Assembly (NCBI GenBank): GCA_017463405.1
Contig: JAFTPJ010000150.1
Span: 1 to 50,763 of the forward strand
Source: Clostridia bacterium
Lineage (GTDB): Bacteria; Bacillota; Clostridia; Oscillospirales; CAG-272
Length of the DNA stretch: 50,763 bases
Direction of reading: 5' to 3'
Numbering within the stretch: position 1 is the first letter of the stretch; the number at the start of each line of letters is the position of its first letter. The position numbers and the translations under genes were made by a program. The notes under the pieces are model-generated. The model had not been told where the DNA came from and made no database searches. It saw nothing but the letters and a program-made list of their open reading frames with translations. Below are positions 1-9,232 of the stretch, piece by piece.

Positions 1-108
1 ATATCTCGGCAACATGCATACAAACGCCGTGTGCGCTGTTGCGCAAGATTTTATATCGGACAGAGATGTTTTTACGGAAAGATATTTCACAAAAAACAGA
101 AATGCCTA

Positions 109-137
109 TTGCAAAAACGATACAAAACTGTTATAAT
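109..137 (+). promoter_or_regulatory. sigma-A-type promoter of the GH36 gene
   Basis: TTGCAA (109-114), 17-bp spacer, TG.TATAAT (132-137). Confidence 0.6.
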
Positions 138-171
138 TTAATCACTTCCGTTTTTGAAAGGAGATTACATT

Positions 172-2046
172 ATGCACTATCAACCGATTTTGAAAAGCAT
201 CAGATATATGGCAAGCCTGCAGGGCGATTTTAATTGGCCTACGGGGGAGATCGTTGAGCGTGACGGCGGCTACTTCTTCGCCGGCGACGGCTACGAATGG
301 ACGAGCACGATCACCGCACACAAGAGCGGCGTGAACGTGCGCGTCGATAAGATCAAAAACGTCTCCGACCGCGCGATCGATTTCCGTACCATGCTGTCCA
401 GATTTTCATTCTTCGGCGGCGAGTACGAGGTGTTCACGCAGTACAACGAGTGGTGCGGCGAGGGCTACGGCAAGTGGCAGCCGCTTGTCACCGAGATTTC
501 CGCCGAGGGCGAGAGCGTGCGCAACAACAGCGGCGCATCGCCGTTCGTCGGCGTTTACAGCTGTCAGACGGGACGCGGCATGGTGTTCCACGTCGTGGCA
601 GATAGCCTGTGGACGATCAAGGTCAAAAATTACTTCCAGAGCGCCGTGGATAACACGGTCGAGGTGGAGCTCGGCATGATGTCGCGCGGACTCAACTACA
701 CGCTGATGCCGGGTGAGGAGCTGACGCTTCCGACGGTCCTGTTCTACGAATTCCGCAACAAGACCGATCTGGATTGCTACAAGCTGCACCGTTATCTCAA
801 CGACGTCTATCCCGCAAAGGGGTTGCCCATCATCTACAACACCTGGATGGGTCTGTTCGACGTTTTGAATTTTGACAGAGTCGTGGAACAGATGGTGCGT
901 GCAAAGAAGCTCGGTGCCGAGTACTTCGTCATTGACGCGGGCTGGTTCGGTCCTCCCGCGCATTGGAGCGGCAGTGTCGGCGAATGGGAGGAATCCGATC
1001 AGTCGTGCCTCGGCGGCAGAATGATCGAGATTGCCGATTTGGTGCGTGCAAACGGAATGAAATTCGGCTTGTGGTTCGAGCCGGAGCGCGCAGATCCGGA
1101 ATCGCCGTCCGTAAAAGCGCATCCGGATTATTATATCGCGGAAAAGTACTTTCGTTTCCTCGACTTCGGTAACGAGGAGGCGCGCAATTTCATCTTTGAA
1201 AAGGTTGCGAAGAATATCCGCAAGTACAATATTGAGTTTATCAAGTTCGATTTCAACGCCGAGATGGGCTATGACCGTACCGGCCGCGCGTTCACCGCGT
1301 GGTTCGAGGGCTACCGTAAGTTTGTCAAGCGCATCAACGAGGAATTCCCGAACGTGTATCTCGAAAACTGCGCCAGCGGCGGCGAGAGAATGAGCATTGC
1401 AAGCCTTGAGGGCTTCGGCTCGTTCTGGGCAAGCGACAACCACAGCATTTACAAGCAGGTGGAGATGTATAAGGGCAACATTCTGCACATGCCCTCGCGC
1501 GCTCTGGAGAAGTGGATCGCGATTCAGACCATCGGGGACTTCGGTCCCATCTATCCGTCGATGTACAACGTGGAGCTGGAGGAGCAGATCATCTCCTGCG
1601 CCGAGGCGGCATGGAGAAATCTGGAGGGCGTTCGTCGCGACTATCTGCTGTCGGCAATGATGGGCGGTCCGATCGGAATCACCTGCGACCTGACTCGCGT
1701 AGGCGACACGACGCTCGGCGTTCTGGCGGATTTCATTGCGGAGTACAAGAAGGAGCGCACGTTCTGGATGAACTCCGAGTGCCACATCCTTTGCGATACC
1801 GAAAGCATGCTGGTGCTGCAGTTCAACGACGAGGCGTATTCAAAGGTCAAGATCTGCACCTTCGCGAAAACGCCGCAGCAGTACAACATCACCGTGTATC
1901 CCGTCATCGAGGGAGACGCGACCTTCGTTGACAAGGACGGCAAGGAGTACACATCCCGTGACCTTGACAAGAACGGCACGACGATCGAGTTGGGTGGAGA
2001 TGCCGCACGCTTCCACTCCAAGACGTTGATGCTGACGAGAAAATAA
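172..2046 (+). CDS. GH36-family alpha-galactosidase-like glycoside hydrolase
   Basis: YNTW, FVIDAGWF, KFGLWFEPE, IKFDFN and ENCASGG motifs typical of GH36; AAGGAG RBS before ATG 172. Confidence 0.8.
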   Translation: MHYQPILKSIRYMASLQGDFNWPTGEIVERDGGYFFAGDGYEWTSTITAHKSGVNVRVDKIKNVSDRAIDFRTMLSRFSFFGGEYEVFTQYNEWCGEGYGKWQPLVTEISAEGESVRNNSGASPFVGVYSCQTGRGMVFHVVADSLWTIKVKNYFQSAVDNTVEVELGMMSRGLNYTLMPGEELTLPTVLFYEFRNKTDLDCYKLHRYLNDVYPAKGLPIIYNTWMGLFDVLNFDRVVEQMVRAKKLGAEYFVIDAGWFGPPAHWSGSVGEWEESDQSCLGGRMIEIADLVRANGMKFGLWFEPERADPESPSVKAHPDYYIAEKYFRFLDFGNEEARNFIFEKVAKNIRKYNIEFIKFDFNAEMGYDRTGRAFTAWFEGYRKFVKRINEEFPNVYLENCASGGERMSIASLEGFGSFWASDNHSIYKQVEMYKGNILHMPSRALEKWIAIQTIGDFGPIYPSMYNVELEEQIISCAEAAWRNLEGVRRDYLLSAMMGGPIGITCDLTRVGDTTLGVLADFIAEYKKERTFWMNSECHILCDTESMLVLQFNDEAYSKVKICTFAKTPQQYNITVYPVIEGDATFVDKDGKEYTSRDLDKNGTTIELGGDAARFHSKTLMLTRK

Positions 2047-2047
2047 G

Positions 2048-2622
2048 ATGTATACCTTTGACTAAAATGCCGAGGTCACCGTACCTCGTGAGCCGTTGCC
2101 GCTCGTAAAGGAAAACGTGTTTTTGTCGATGGCGGTTGAGGATGTGCCGGTTCCGCTGTTCGGCGAGATCAAGGGGCTGACCGCTACGGAAAATACGCAC
2201 TGTCTCACGAGATCGGCGCGCAGTATCTTGCGTCGGTCATCGAGGTGTATCGGGAGAGCGGAACCTTCTTTGAAAACTACGCGCCAGAGCTTGCAGACGG
2301 TAAGGCACCCCGCGGCAATCTTGCGGGAAAGAACTTTGTGGGATGGACGGGGCTTGCTCCCATAACCGTTCTCTTTGAATACGTATTCGGTATCAAGCCA
2401 CATGCGGAGCAGAATCGGATCGTGTGGCACGTAGAGCTGCTTGATCGGCACGGCGTAAAGAAATACCCGTTCGGTAACGATGGGGAGCTGACGCTGCTGT
2501 GCGAAGCCAGAGCGAGCGCGGACGAGATGCCGCGCATCACACTGGAAGGCAATATTCCCGTAGAGCTGGAGGTCATTTGGGGGAAGAAAGGCGAGACGCA
2601 GTCGATGCTTCTTTCCCGGTGA
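2048..2622 (+). pseudogene. MGH1/GH63-like (alpha/alpha)6 glycosidase remnant with internal deletion
   Basis: ATG 2048, premature TAA 2063-2065, short N-terminal piece, then a frame change near 2171-2179 into DRYGKYALSHEIG..GTFFENYAPE..FVGWTGLAPI..LFEYVFGI, the C-terminal part of such enzymes. Confidence 0.65.
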
Positions 2623-2643
2623 GGTGCATAAGTAAATAAAAAA

Positions 2644-2685
2644 CGACCGTTCCTTCCCGAAAGGGGAGCGAGCGGTCGCTTTTTT
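2644..2685 (+). terminator. intrinsic terminator
   Basis: CGACCG/CGGTCG stem with inner TTCCC-GAAA-GGGGA hairpin, followed by a T run. Confidence 0.7.
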
Positions 2686-2716
2686 GCAAAAAACGAAAAG
2701 ATTTCACAAGAAAGTA

Positions 2717-2745
2717 TTGATTTTGTAAGAATAATATTATATAAT
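2717..2745 (+). promoter_or_regulatory. sigma-A-type promoter
   Basis: TTGATT, 17-bp spacer, TATAAT upstream of the deaminase operon. Confidence 0.55.
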
Positions 2746-2792
2746 AAAAGAATAGAATGGTAAATTGTTTCTTCGGGAAAGGATAAATAAAA

Positions 2793-3281
2793 ATGGACCG
2801 TGTTTCAAAGCATAATTATTACCTGGATATCGCCGAGACCGTAGCAGAGCGATCGACATGTCTGCGCAAGATGTACGGTGCGATCATCGTCAAAAATGAT
2901 TCGATCATCTCCACGGGCTATAACGGAGCACCCAGAGGACGCAAGAATTGCTCCGATCTCGGCATTTGCATGAGAGATAAGCTGGGGATTCCGAGAGGAG
3001 AGCGATATGAGCTTTGCCGCTCGGTGCACGCCGAGGCGAATGCGATCATCGCAGCCCCCAGAGATCAGATGCTGGGAGCGACGCTGTATATGGTCTGCGT
3101 CAATTCCAAAACGCGTGAATTGGAAGCGGGGACCTCCTCCTGCATGATGTGCAAGCGTCAGGTTATCAACGCCGGCATCGCGCAGGTCGTGGTACGCGAT
3201 ACCAAGGATACGTTCCGCGTAATCGACGTCAACGAATGGATCGAAAACGATGATTCGTTGAGCGGTGTATTCGGGTATTGA
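2793..3281 (+). CDS. dCMP deaminase-family protein (ComEB-like)
   Basis: RSTC, GYNGAPRG, HAEANA and CxxC Zn-binding motifs. Confidence 0.85.
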   Translation: MDRVSKHNYYLDIAETVAERSTCLRKMYGAIIVKNDSIISTGYNGAPRGRKNCSDLGICMRDKLGIPRGERYELCRSVHAEANAIIAAPRDQMLGATLYMVCVNSKTRELEAGTSSCMMCKRQVINAGIAQVVVRDTKDTFRVIDVNEWIENDDSLSGVFGY

Positions 3282-3285
3282 TGGC

Positions 3286-4023
3286 ATGAAAAAACGAATT
3301 GTTTGCTTTTTGACGGCACTGCTGTTGGTCGCTTCGATGATCTCCTGTGCGGCACCTGCCCTGAAAAGGGAAGGAACGGTATACGTGCATGAAAAAACAG
3401 GCGTGTCATACAGCTTTGCGCCGTCGGCTTACACGGCGGAGGCTTGCGGCGAGGCGATTGCAAGGCTCTTGCGAGAGGTCGCGGGCGAGGTAGCTCTGTA
3501 CGCAGTTAACGGACAGTCAACCGAGCGTTATCTCGTAACGCCCGCGGGAAGGCTACTGTGCGCCGATGGCGTTAGGCTTCCGTCCCTGTCCGAGCTGCCC
3601 ATATCCGAGGCAAAGCTGTTCAATTACGCGTTGAATATGGCGACGGCGGCGATCGTAACGGATTACGAGCGCTTGCAAACACTGAAAACGCTTTGCATCG
3701 GGGGAGTCGCCTTTGATGCAGATCAAATCGAGCCCCAAATCACGCGGGACTCCTACGAGCTTCGCTTTATTGCCGCAGGGGAATATACGGGCTTGTTTTA
3801 TTCCTTGCAGTATTGGCAATGTGCCGAGGATGTTCTGATTTACGAAGCGCTTTCCGATTCCGATGCGGCAGAGGTGTTGTATCCGGGCGTTTCCTATACG
3901 CTTGTTGAAGAAGAGGGTGTTACCTATGCCCGATATAATTTTGGACAGTCGCTGATCTATGATCCCGTCAGCGGTACGTGCCGTGCGGCGGGGGACGTGC
4001 TGTCATCTCAAATTTCCGAGTGA
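3286..4023 (+). CDS. hypothetical lipoprotein
   Basis: MKKR, hydrophobic stretch, lipobox-like MISC; lies inside the operon. Confidence 0.6.
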   Translation: MKKRIVCFLTALLLVASMISCAAPALKREGTVYVHEKTGVSYSFAPSAYTAEACGEAIARLLREVAGEVALYAVNGQSTERYLVTPAGRLLCADGVRLPSLSELPISEAKLFNYALNMATAAIVTDYERLQTLKTLCIGGVAFDADQIEPQITRDSYELRFIAAGEYTGLFYSLQYWQCAEDVLIYEALSDSDAAEVLYPGVSYTLVEEEGVTYARYNFGQSLIYDPVSGTCRAAGDVLSSQISE

Positions 4024-4030
4024 GGCGTTT

Positions 4031-4540
4031 ATGGAGCTTACAGTTGAGAGAGAAAAGCCCATAGGGCTTTCAACCAAAGAATTGAAGATTACGCGCATCT
4101 GCTTTATTTGCACGGGCAACACTTGTCGCTCTCCGATGGCGGAGGCGGTGGCAAATGCGCTTGCCAAGGAGAAGGGCCATACCGATCTGCGCGCCTTCAG
4201 CGCGGGACTTTATGCAAACGCAAACGATCCGATTGCCCCCAATGCCGTCGCCGCACTGGAGGCGGCAGGTGTGGAAGCCGTGTACGGTCGGGATTATCAC
4301 CGCCACCTGGCACATACACTGACCGAGGCAGAGGCAAAGGAATACGATCTTCTGATTGGTATGACGGCGGGACATGCCATGGAGTTGATGATGCGCTTTC
4401 CCGCGTCGGCGGAGAAAATCTCCTGCATGCCGAGGCAGATCTCCGATCCTTACGGCGGAGACGAAAAACGGTATCGGGATTGTCTGGCAGAAATTTCGGA
4501 ATGCGTGCGTGCGATGCTGTTTGCGGAGGATGCGGAATGA
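4031..4540 (+). CDS. low-molecular-weight protein tyrosine/arginine phosphatase (YwlE-like)
   Basis: FICTGNTCRSPMAE P-loop and ISDPYGG motif. Confidence 0.88.
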   Translation: MELTVEREKPIGLSTKELKITRICFICTGNTCRSPMAEAVANALAKEKGHTDLRAFSAGLYANANDPIAPNAVAALEAAGVEAVYGRDYHRHLAHTLTEAEAKEYDLLIGMTAGHAMELMMRFPASAEKISCMPRQISDPYGGDEKRYRDCLAEISECVRAMLFAEDAE

Positions 4541-4968
4541 CGGCTGTACGACTGGAGCGTGCGCATCTGCCCGCGGTGGCGGCGCTGGAGCGCGATTGCT
4601 TTTTTGAGCCATGGAGCGAGAAAGCGCTTGAACTACTGCTCACGGACGATGCAATCGGTATCGTTTGTCTGCAAGAGGGGTGCGTGACCGCTTACGGCGG
4701 GATGCTTTGGGCTCCCGACGAGGGGCAGATCACGAATATTGCCGTAGCACCCGACTGTCGCAGACAAGGTTATGGACAGGCGGTGCTGGAGGCTTTGATT
4801 GCGGAGGCACGGGGCAGAAATTGCGAGCAGATTTCACTTGAGGTCAGAGAATCCAACACGGCGGCGATATCGCTTTACGGAAAGTACGGCTTTTCAATCG
4901 CAGGGCGGCGCAAACGCTTTTACAAAGCGCCCGTGGAGGACGCGCTTGTGATGGTTTTGACACTTTGA
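4537..4968 (+). CDS. rimI: ribosomal protein S18 alanine N-acetyltransferase
   Basis: ITNIAV..RRQGYG, LEVRESN..AI.LY, RKRFY motifs; ATGA overlap with the upstream gene; adjacent to tsaD. Confidence 0.85.
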   Translation: MTAVRLERAHLPAVAALERDCFFEPWSEKALELLLTDDAIGIVCLQEGCVTAYGGMLWAPDEGQITNIAVAPDCRRQGYGQAVLEALIAEARGRNCEQISLEVRESNTAAISLYGKYGFSIAGRRKRFYKAPVEDALVMVLTL

Positions 4969-4989
4969 AACGGAAAAGGATAGATTTTT

Positions 4990-6003
4990 ATGTATATTTT
5001 AGGAATGGAAAGCTCCTGCGACGAGACCTCGGCGGCGGTCGTGGAGATGGAGGAGGGAATTCGCAAAATCCGCTCCAACATTGTAGCATCACAGATTGAC
5101 GTGCACCGCCTTTACGGCGGCGTTGTCCCCGAAATTGCCAGCCGCGCACATATCGAGGCGATCTCGCGGATCACATACGAGGCATTGGAAACGGCGGGAA
5201 TCACCGTCGATCAGCTCGGCGCGGTTGCCGTGACGGCATTTCCGGGCTTGATCGGTGCGCTCCTTATCGGCGTAAATTTTGCAAAATCGATGGCGTATTC
5301 GAGGGGGATCCCGCTCGTCGCCGTCAACCATATTCACGGTCACGTCGCGGCGGCGTATCTGTCGCATCCCAACCTCAAACCACCGTTTCTGGCGCTGGTT
5401 GTCTCGGGAGGACACACCTCGATCTACCGTGTCGAGTCCGAAACCGAATTTGTTGAGATCGGCGCAACGCGAGACGATGCCGCGGGTGAAGCGTTCGATA
5501 AAGTTGGTCGCGTGATCGGGCTTCCGTACCCGGGCGGTGCGGCGCTGGATCAGCTGGCTTATGAGGGTGACCCCAAGGCGATTGTCTTGCCGTCCCCGGC
5601 GCTTGCGGGAGATACACTGGATTTTTCCTTCAGCGGCATTAAAACGGCAACGCTCAATTATCTGAACAGCATGGAGCAAAAGGGAATGCCTGTCAACCGT
5701 GCGGATGTCGCGGCGGCATATACCGATCGGATCGTAAAGGCGATCACGCAAAAGGCAGGACAGGCACTGGAGCAGAGTGGCATGAAAACGCTTGTGCTGG
5801 CAGGAGGAGTGGCGGCAAATTCGCATCTGCGCGCATCGCTGGAACAGCTTTGCCGGACGCGCGGCGTGTGCCTTGCCATGCCTGAACGTGTGCTTTGCGG
5901 GGACAACGGCGCCATGATTGCGGCGGCCGGATATTTCCAATATCGGATCGGTCATTTTGCGGATACCGCTCTCAATGCGTCCGCCTCTGACGACGGCATA
6001 TGA
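4990..6003 (+). CDS. tsaD: tRNA N6-adenosine threonylcarbamoyltransferase TsaD
   Basis: ILGMESSCDETS, YGGVVPEIASRAH, HIHGH, VSGGHT, DDAAGEAFDK and DNGAMIA motifs. Confidence 0.96.
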   Translation: MYILGMESSCDETSAAVVEMEEGIRKIRSNIVASQIDVHRLYGGVVPEIASRAHIEAISRITYEALETAGITVDQLGAVAVTAFPGLIGALLIGVNFAKSMAYSRGIPLVAVNHIHGHVAAAYLSHPNLKPPFLALVVSGGHTSIYRVESETEFVEIGATRDDAAGEAFDKVGRVIGLPYPGGAALDQLAYEGDPKAIVLPSPALAGDTLDFSFSGIKTATLNYLNSMEQKGMPVNRADVAAAYTDRIVKAITQKAGQALEQSGMKTLVLAGGVAANSHLRASLEQLCRTRGVCLAMPERVLCGDNGAMIAAAGYFQYRIGHFADTALNASASDDGI

Positions 6004-6073
6004 GCATGTCTTTGACACTTCAGCATTTTGAACGAAAAAATGTATCTTTATTTTGAATAAGTATGAGATTCTA

Positions 6074-6225
6074 TTTTCCACAGGACTTTCCCACAGGTTG
6101 TTGAAAACCGCATCATAACTGTAAAAAAGATTCAAAAAATCTCCGAAAATGCAAAATTTTCATCTTTTTTTGTGGATAACCGTGTGGGTTTTGTTGAAAA
6201 ACACGGCACAAGGTTCTGTGGAAAA
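6074..6225. promoter_or_regulatory. cluster of DnaA-box-like 9-mers
   Basis: TTTTCCACA 6074, TTTCCCACA 6087, TGTTGAAAA 6099, TGTGGATAA 6171 (perfect), TGTTGAAAA 6192, TGTGGAAAA 6217 in AT-rich intergenic DNA. Confidence 0.7.
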
Positions 6226-6335
6226 ACAAATTTTTTAAGGTTTACCGAAATTTAACAATATTCGTCATGTTTCACAAAAGTGAGCCCCCGGCAGAATACT
6301 TTTGTCAATGTGACGGTGACAGGAAGAGGTTTATT

Positions 6336-7043
6336 ATGATGGATTCCGAACATAATCTGAATACGGAAAATGAAATTGAGCGCCCGCAGGTTTCTCCTGC
6401 CGTGATTCGTCGATTGCCGCGCTATTTTCGGTATTTGCGTGAACTGATTCGCGAAGGAAAGATGCGCATCAGCTCCGGTGAGCTTTCCGAACGAATGAAC
6501 GTCACCGCATCTCAGATCCGACAGGATCTCAATTGCTTTGGCGGCTTCGGTCAGCAGGGATATGGCTATAACGTCAATTATCTGTACGCCAAGATCTGTG
6601 ATCTGCTCGGCGTCAGCGCAGGACTTTCCGCAATCATCATCGGAGCGGGTGACCTCGGTCGTGCACTGACCCGCTCGACCATGTTTGAAAAGCGCGGCGT
6701 GGATATCATCGCTATGTTTGACGTCGACGAAAATCTGATCGGCAAAACGATAGGAGACGTGCTCGTTTACAGCATGAACGATCTGGAGTCGTTTTTTGAA
6801 ACCCACACGGTTGATATGGCGGTTCTGACCCTTCCAAAGGATCAGGCTGCGGTAGAGGCAGAGCGTCTGCTGGAGCTCGGTGTCAAGGGCTTCTGGAATT
6901 TCACGGGAAAAGAGCTTTCCTATGCCTCCCGTGCGATTGTGGAGAACGTTCATCTGGGGGACTCCCTGATGTTTCTCAATTACGATATCTGCCGCTTGAA
7001 GGAAGCAGAGGAAAAGACTGAAGCGGGGAGCGATCGAGTATGA
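6336..7043 (+). CDS. rex: redox-sensing transcriptional repressor Rex
   Basis: VIRRLPRYFRYL, ISS.ELS, ASQIRQDLN.FGGFGQQGYGY and Rossmann GAGDLG. Confidence 0.95.
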   Translation: MMDSEHNLNTENEIERPQVSPAVIRRLPRYFRYLRELIREGKMRISSGELSERMNVTASQIRQDLNCFGGFGQQGYGYNVNYLYAKICDLLGVSAGLSAIIIGAGDLGRALTRSTMFEKRGVDIIAMFDVDENLIGKTIGDVLVYSMNDLESFFETHTVDMAVLTLPKDQAAVEAERLLELGVKGFWNFTGKELSYASRAIVENVHLGDSLMFLNYDICRLKEAEEKTEAGSDRV

Positions 7044-8053
7044 AGCTGAATTTTCAACAGGACGTACTGGTACTTCCCGGATCCTTGCTGACGCATTGCT
7101 CGGAGGCGGATGCCGCAACGTTGCGTGTGCTTTTGTGGCTGGCAACCGATCTTTCGCTGGCAGAAAAGCCGAAGCAATTGTCAAAGCTTGCCGATTGTGA
7201 TGTGCGCGCTGTGAAAGCGGCACTGCGTTTCTGGGAGTTTCGTGACGTGTTGGTCAAGGAGTCCGAGGAGTCTGTGCCCGCCATGGCAACGGTGTCTGCG
7301 ACGGAGGAAAAGACGGAAAAGCCAAAGGCAGCTGCGACAGAAAAGGAAAAACGTCCCCTATTGCGCCGCGCAGACGAGCTGCCGAATTATACGACGGTCG
7401 AGCTGGCGGAGCTGATGGAGCAACGCGCCGCGGTTCGGATTCTCGTTGATGAGGCTCAACGGATTCTTGGTAAGATGTTCAATCCGAGCGAGGTTAATAT
7501 TCTGGTCGGAATGATGGATTATCTCGGAATGAACGAGGAATGTATTTTGCTTTTACTGGCGCACTGTAAGCGCATCGGAAAGGTCAATTTGCGCTCGATC
7601 GAAAAGTATGCGTTTTCCTTGGCTGATAAAGGAATCACCGAGGCGGAGGCGATGGAGCAGCAGATCCGTACCGTTGAGGCGATGCATACGTTTGAGGGAG
7701 AGGTGCGTACGCTGTTTGGCATGAAGAGCCGTGCACTGACAAGCAAGGAGAGCAAAATGCTGACTGCGTGGGTATCCTTTGGATATGGGATCGACATCGT
7801 GCGTCTCGCTTACGAAATGACCGTCAGCGCGACAAACGAGCCCTCGGTTCCGTACGCCAATGCGATTCTCGAGCGTTGGAATGCGGAAGGGCTGCGCACT
7901 CTGGAGCAGATCGAGAAACACCTTGCCGAGGAGAAGGAAAAGCGGGAAGGGAAGAAGAACGGCGGAGCGGAGCTTGGCAACAGCTTTAACGCCGACGACT
8001 TTCTCGAGGCTGCTCTGCGGCGCGGGCTTGGCGATTGGAATGCTGAAAATTGA
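7040..8053 (+). CDS. DnaD-domain replication protein
   Basis: Two DnaB_2/DnaD-like repeats (SIEKYAFSL..KGI; YANAILERW..EG.RT..QI); precedes a helicase-loader ATPase. Confidence 0.8.
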   Translation: MKLNFQQDVLVLPGSLLTHCSEADAATLRVLLWLATDLSLAEKPKQLSKLADCDVRAVKAALRFWEFRDVLVKESEESVPAMATVSATEEKTEKPKAAATEKEKRPLLRRADELPNYTTVELAELMEQRAAVRILVDEAQRILGKMFNPSEVNILVGMMDYLGMNEECILLLLAHCKRIGKVNLRSIEKYAFSLADKGITEAEAMEQQIRTVEAMHTFEGEVRTLFGMKSRALTSKESKMLTAWVSFGYGIDIVRLAYEMTVSATNEPSVPYANAILERWNAEGLRTLEQIEKHLAEEKEKREGKKNGGAELGNSFNADDFLEAALRRGLGDWNAEN

Positions 8054-8067
8054 GACGGAGGAGCACC

Positions 8068-9054
8068 ATGGGCTACAATAAAGACAATTATAAACGCATC
8101 CGCGCGGAATATGCGACAAAGACATTTCGCGCACAGGCGGAGGCGGATGCAAGGCGTGAGGAGCTTTACGTACAGATTCCCTTGCTGAAGGAACTGGATT
8201 CGCGCCTCTCACAATTCGGTCTGCGCATTATGAAAAGCGCATTGGCAAATGGCGATACCGTAAAGGATATCGAAAATCTTCGTGCCGAGAATGAGCGGAT
8301 TCTTCATGCGCGCGGAGAGCTGTTGAAGCGTCACGGATATCCTGTGGATTACAGTGAGCCGAAATATGAATGCGGGAAATGTCGGGATACCGGTTATGTG
8401 GGAATCAAAATGTGCGAGTGTATGCGACGCGCACTGATCGACGCAGGAATGCGCTCGTCGGGGCTTTCCGAGCTGATGAGCAAGCAGAGCTTTGACAATT
8501 TTTCCTTGGATTATTACCGTGCAACGCCGCAGGAGCAGAGCATAATGGAGAAGAATTACCGCAATCTTCGCCGATACGCGCAGGAGTTCGTTCTGGATGC
8601 AGAGCATCCGGTGCCGAAGAATCTCTTGTTCATCGGTGGCACGGGCTTGGGAAAAACGCATCTTTCTACGGCAATTGCCCGCACGGTGATCGAAAAGGGC
8701 TATGATGTGTATTATAACAGTGCGGTGGGGATGATTTCCGACTTTGAGTATCGGCGCTTCGGAAATGCGATCGCATCGGAGGGGAGCGATGATACCGCCA
8801 GATATACCGACTGTGATCTGCTGATTATCGATGATCTCGGAACCGAGGTGACCAATCAGTTCACAATCTCCTGCCTGTACCATGTGATCAATACGCGTCT
8901 CAATCTTCAAAAGCCGATCATCATCAACACGAATCTTTTACAGACAGAGCTGCGCAAAAATTATACCGACCGCTTGGTCAGCAGACTTTTTGGCGAGTTC
9001 ACTTTGGTGGGCTTTTTGGGAACGGACGTTCGAAAACAACGCTTGAAGACATGA
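8068..9054 (+). CDS. DnaC/DnaI/IstB-like helicase-loader ATPase
   Basis: Zn motif C..C.DTG....C.C, Walker A GGTGLGKT, Walker B LLIIDDLGTE, IINTNL, DRLVSRL. Confidence 0.88.
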   Translation: MGYNKDNYKRIRAEYATKTFRAQAEADARREELYVQIPLLKELDSRLSQFGLRIMKSALANGDTVKDIENLRAENERILHARGELLKRHGYPVDYSEPKYECGKCRDTGYVGIKMCECMRRALIDAGMRSSGLSELMSKQSFDNFSLDYYRATPQEQSIMEKNYRNLRRYAQEFVLDAEHPVPKNLLFIGGTGLGKTHLSTAIARTVIEKGYDVYYNSAVGMISDFEYRRFGNAIASEGSDDTARYTDCDLLIIDDLGTEVTNQFTISCLYHVINTRLNLQKPIIINTNLLQTELRKNYTDRLVSRLFGEFTLVGFLGTDVRKQRLKT

Positions 9055-9113
9055 TTTTCTTTGAAAAAACGGGAATTTTTTCAAAAAATCGTGCTGAAAA
9101 GCGAAAAAAGGTA

Positions 9114-9180
9114 TTTACAAATTCAAAAAAAGAGTGTATAATTATAATAAGTAGGATGATCGGTGCCTGCACCGATCATC
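9114..9180 (+). promoter_or_regulatory. sigma-A promoter followed by a perfect 12-bp palindrome
   Basis: TTTACA, 17-bp spacer, TATAAT (9114-9142), then GATGATCGGTGC-CT-GCACCGATCATC (9155-9180). Confidence 0.55.
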
Positions 9181-9232
9181 GCTTTGAAAAGACGTGAACA
9201 GTGCCCGTGGGCATGGAAGGGACGGACGAAAC

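Noticed and set aside
46-95. Three AGAT..TTT imperfect direct repeats upstream of the GH36 promoter
   Set aside because: Uneven spacing (18 and 16 bp) and low complexity; too weak to call an operator
8068-9054. IS21 IstB helper or phage replication module
   Set aside because: No IstA, inverted repeats or phage genes; the Zn-finger N-terminus and DnaD neighbour fit the chromosomal loader
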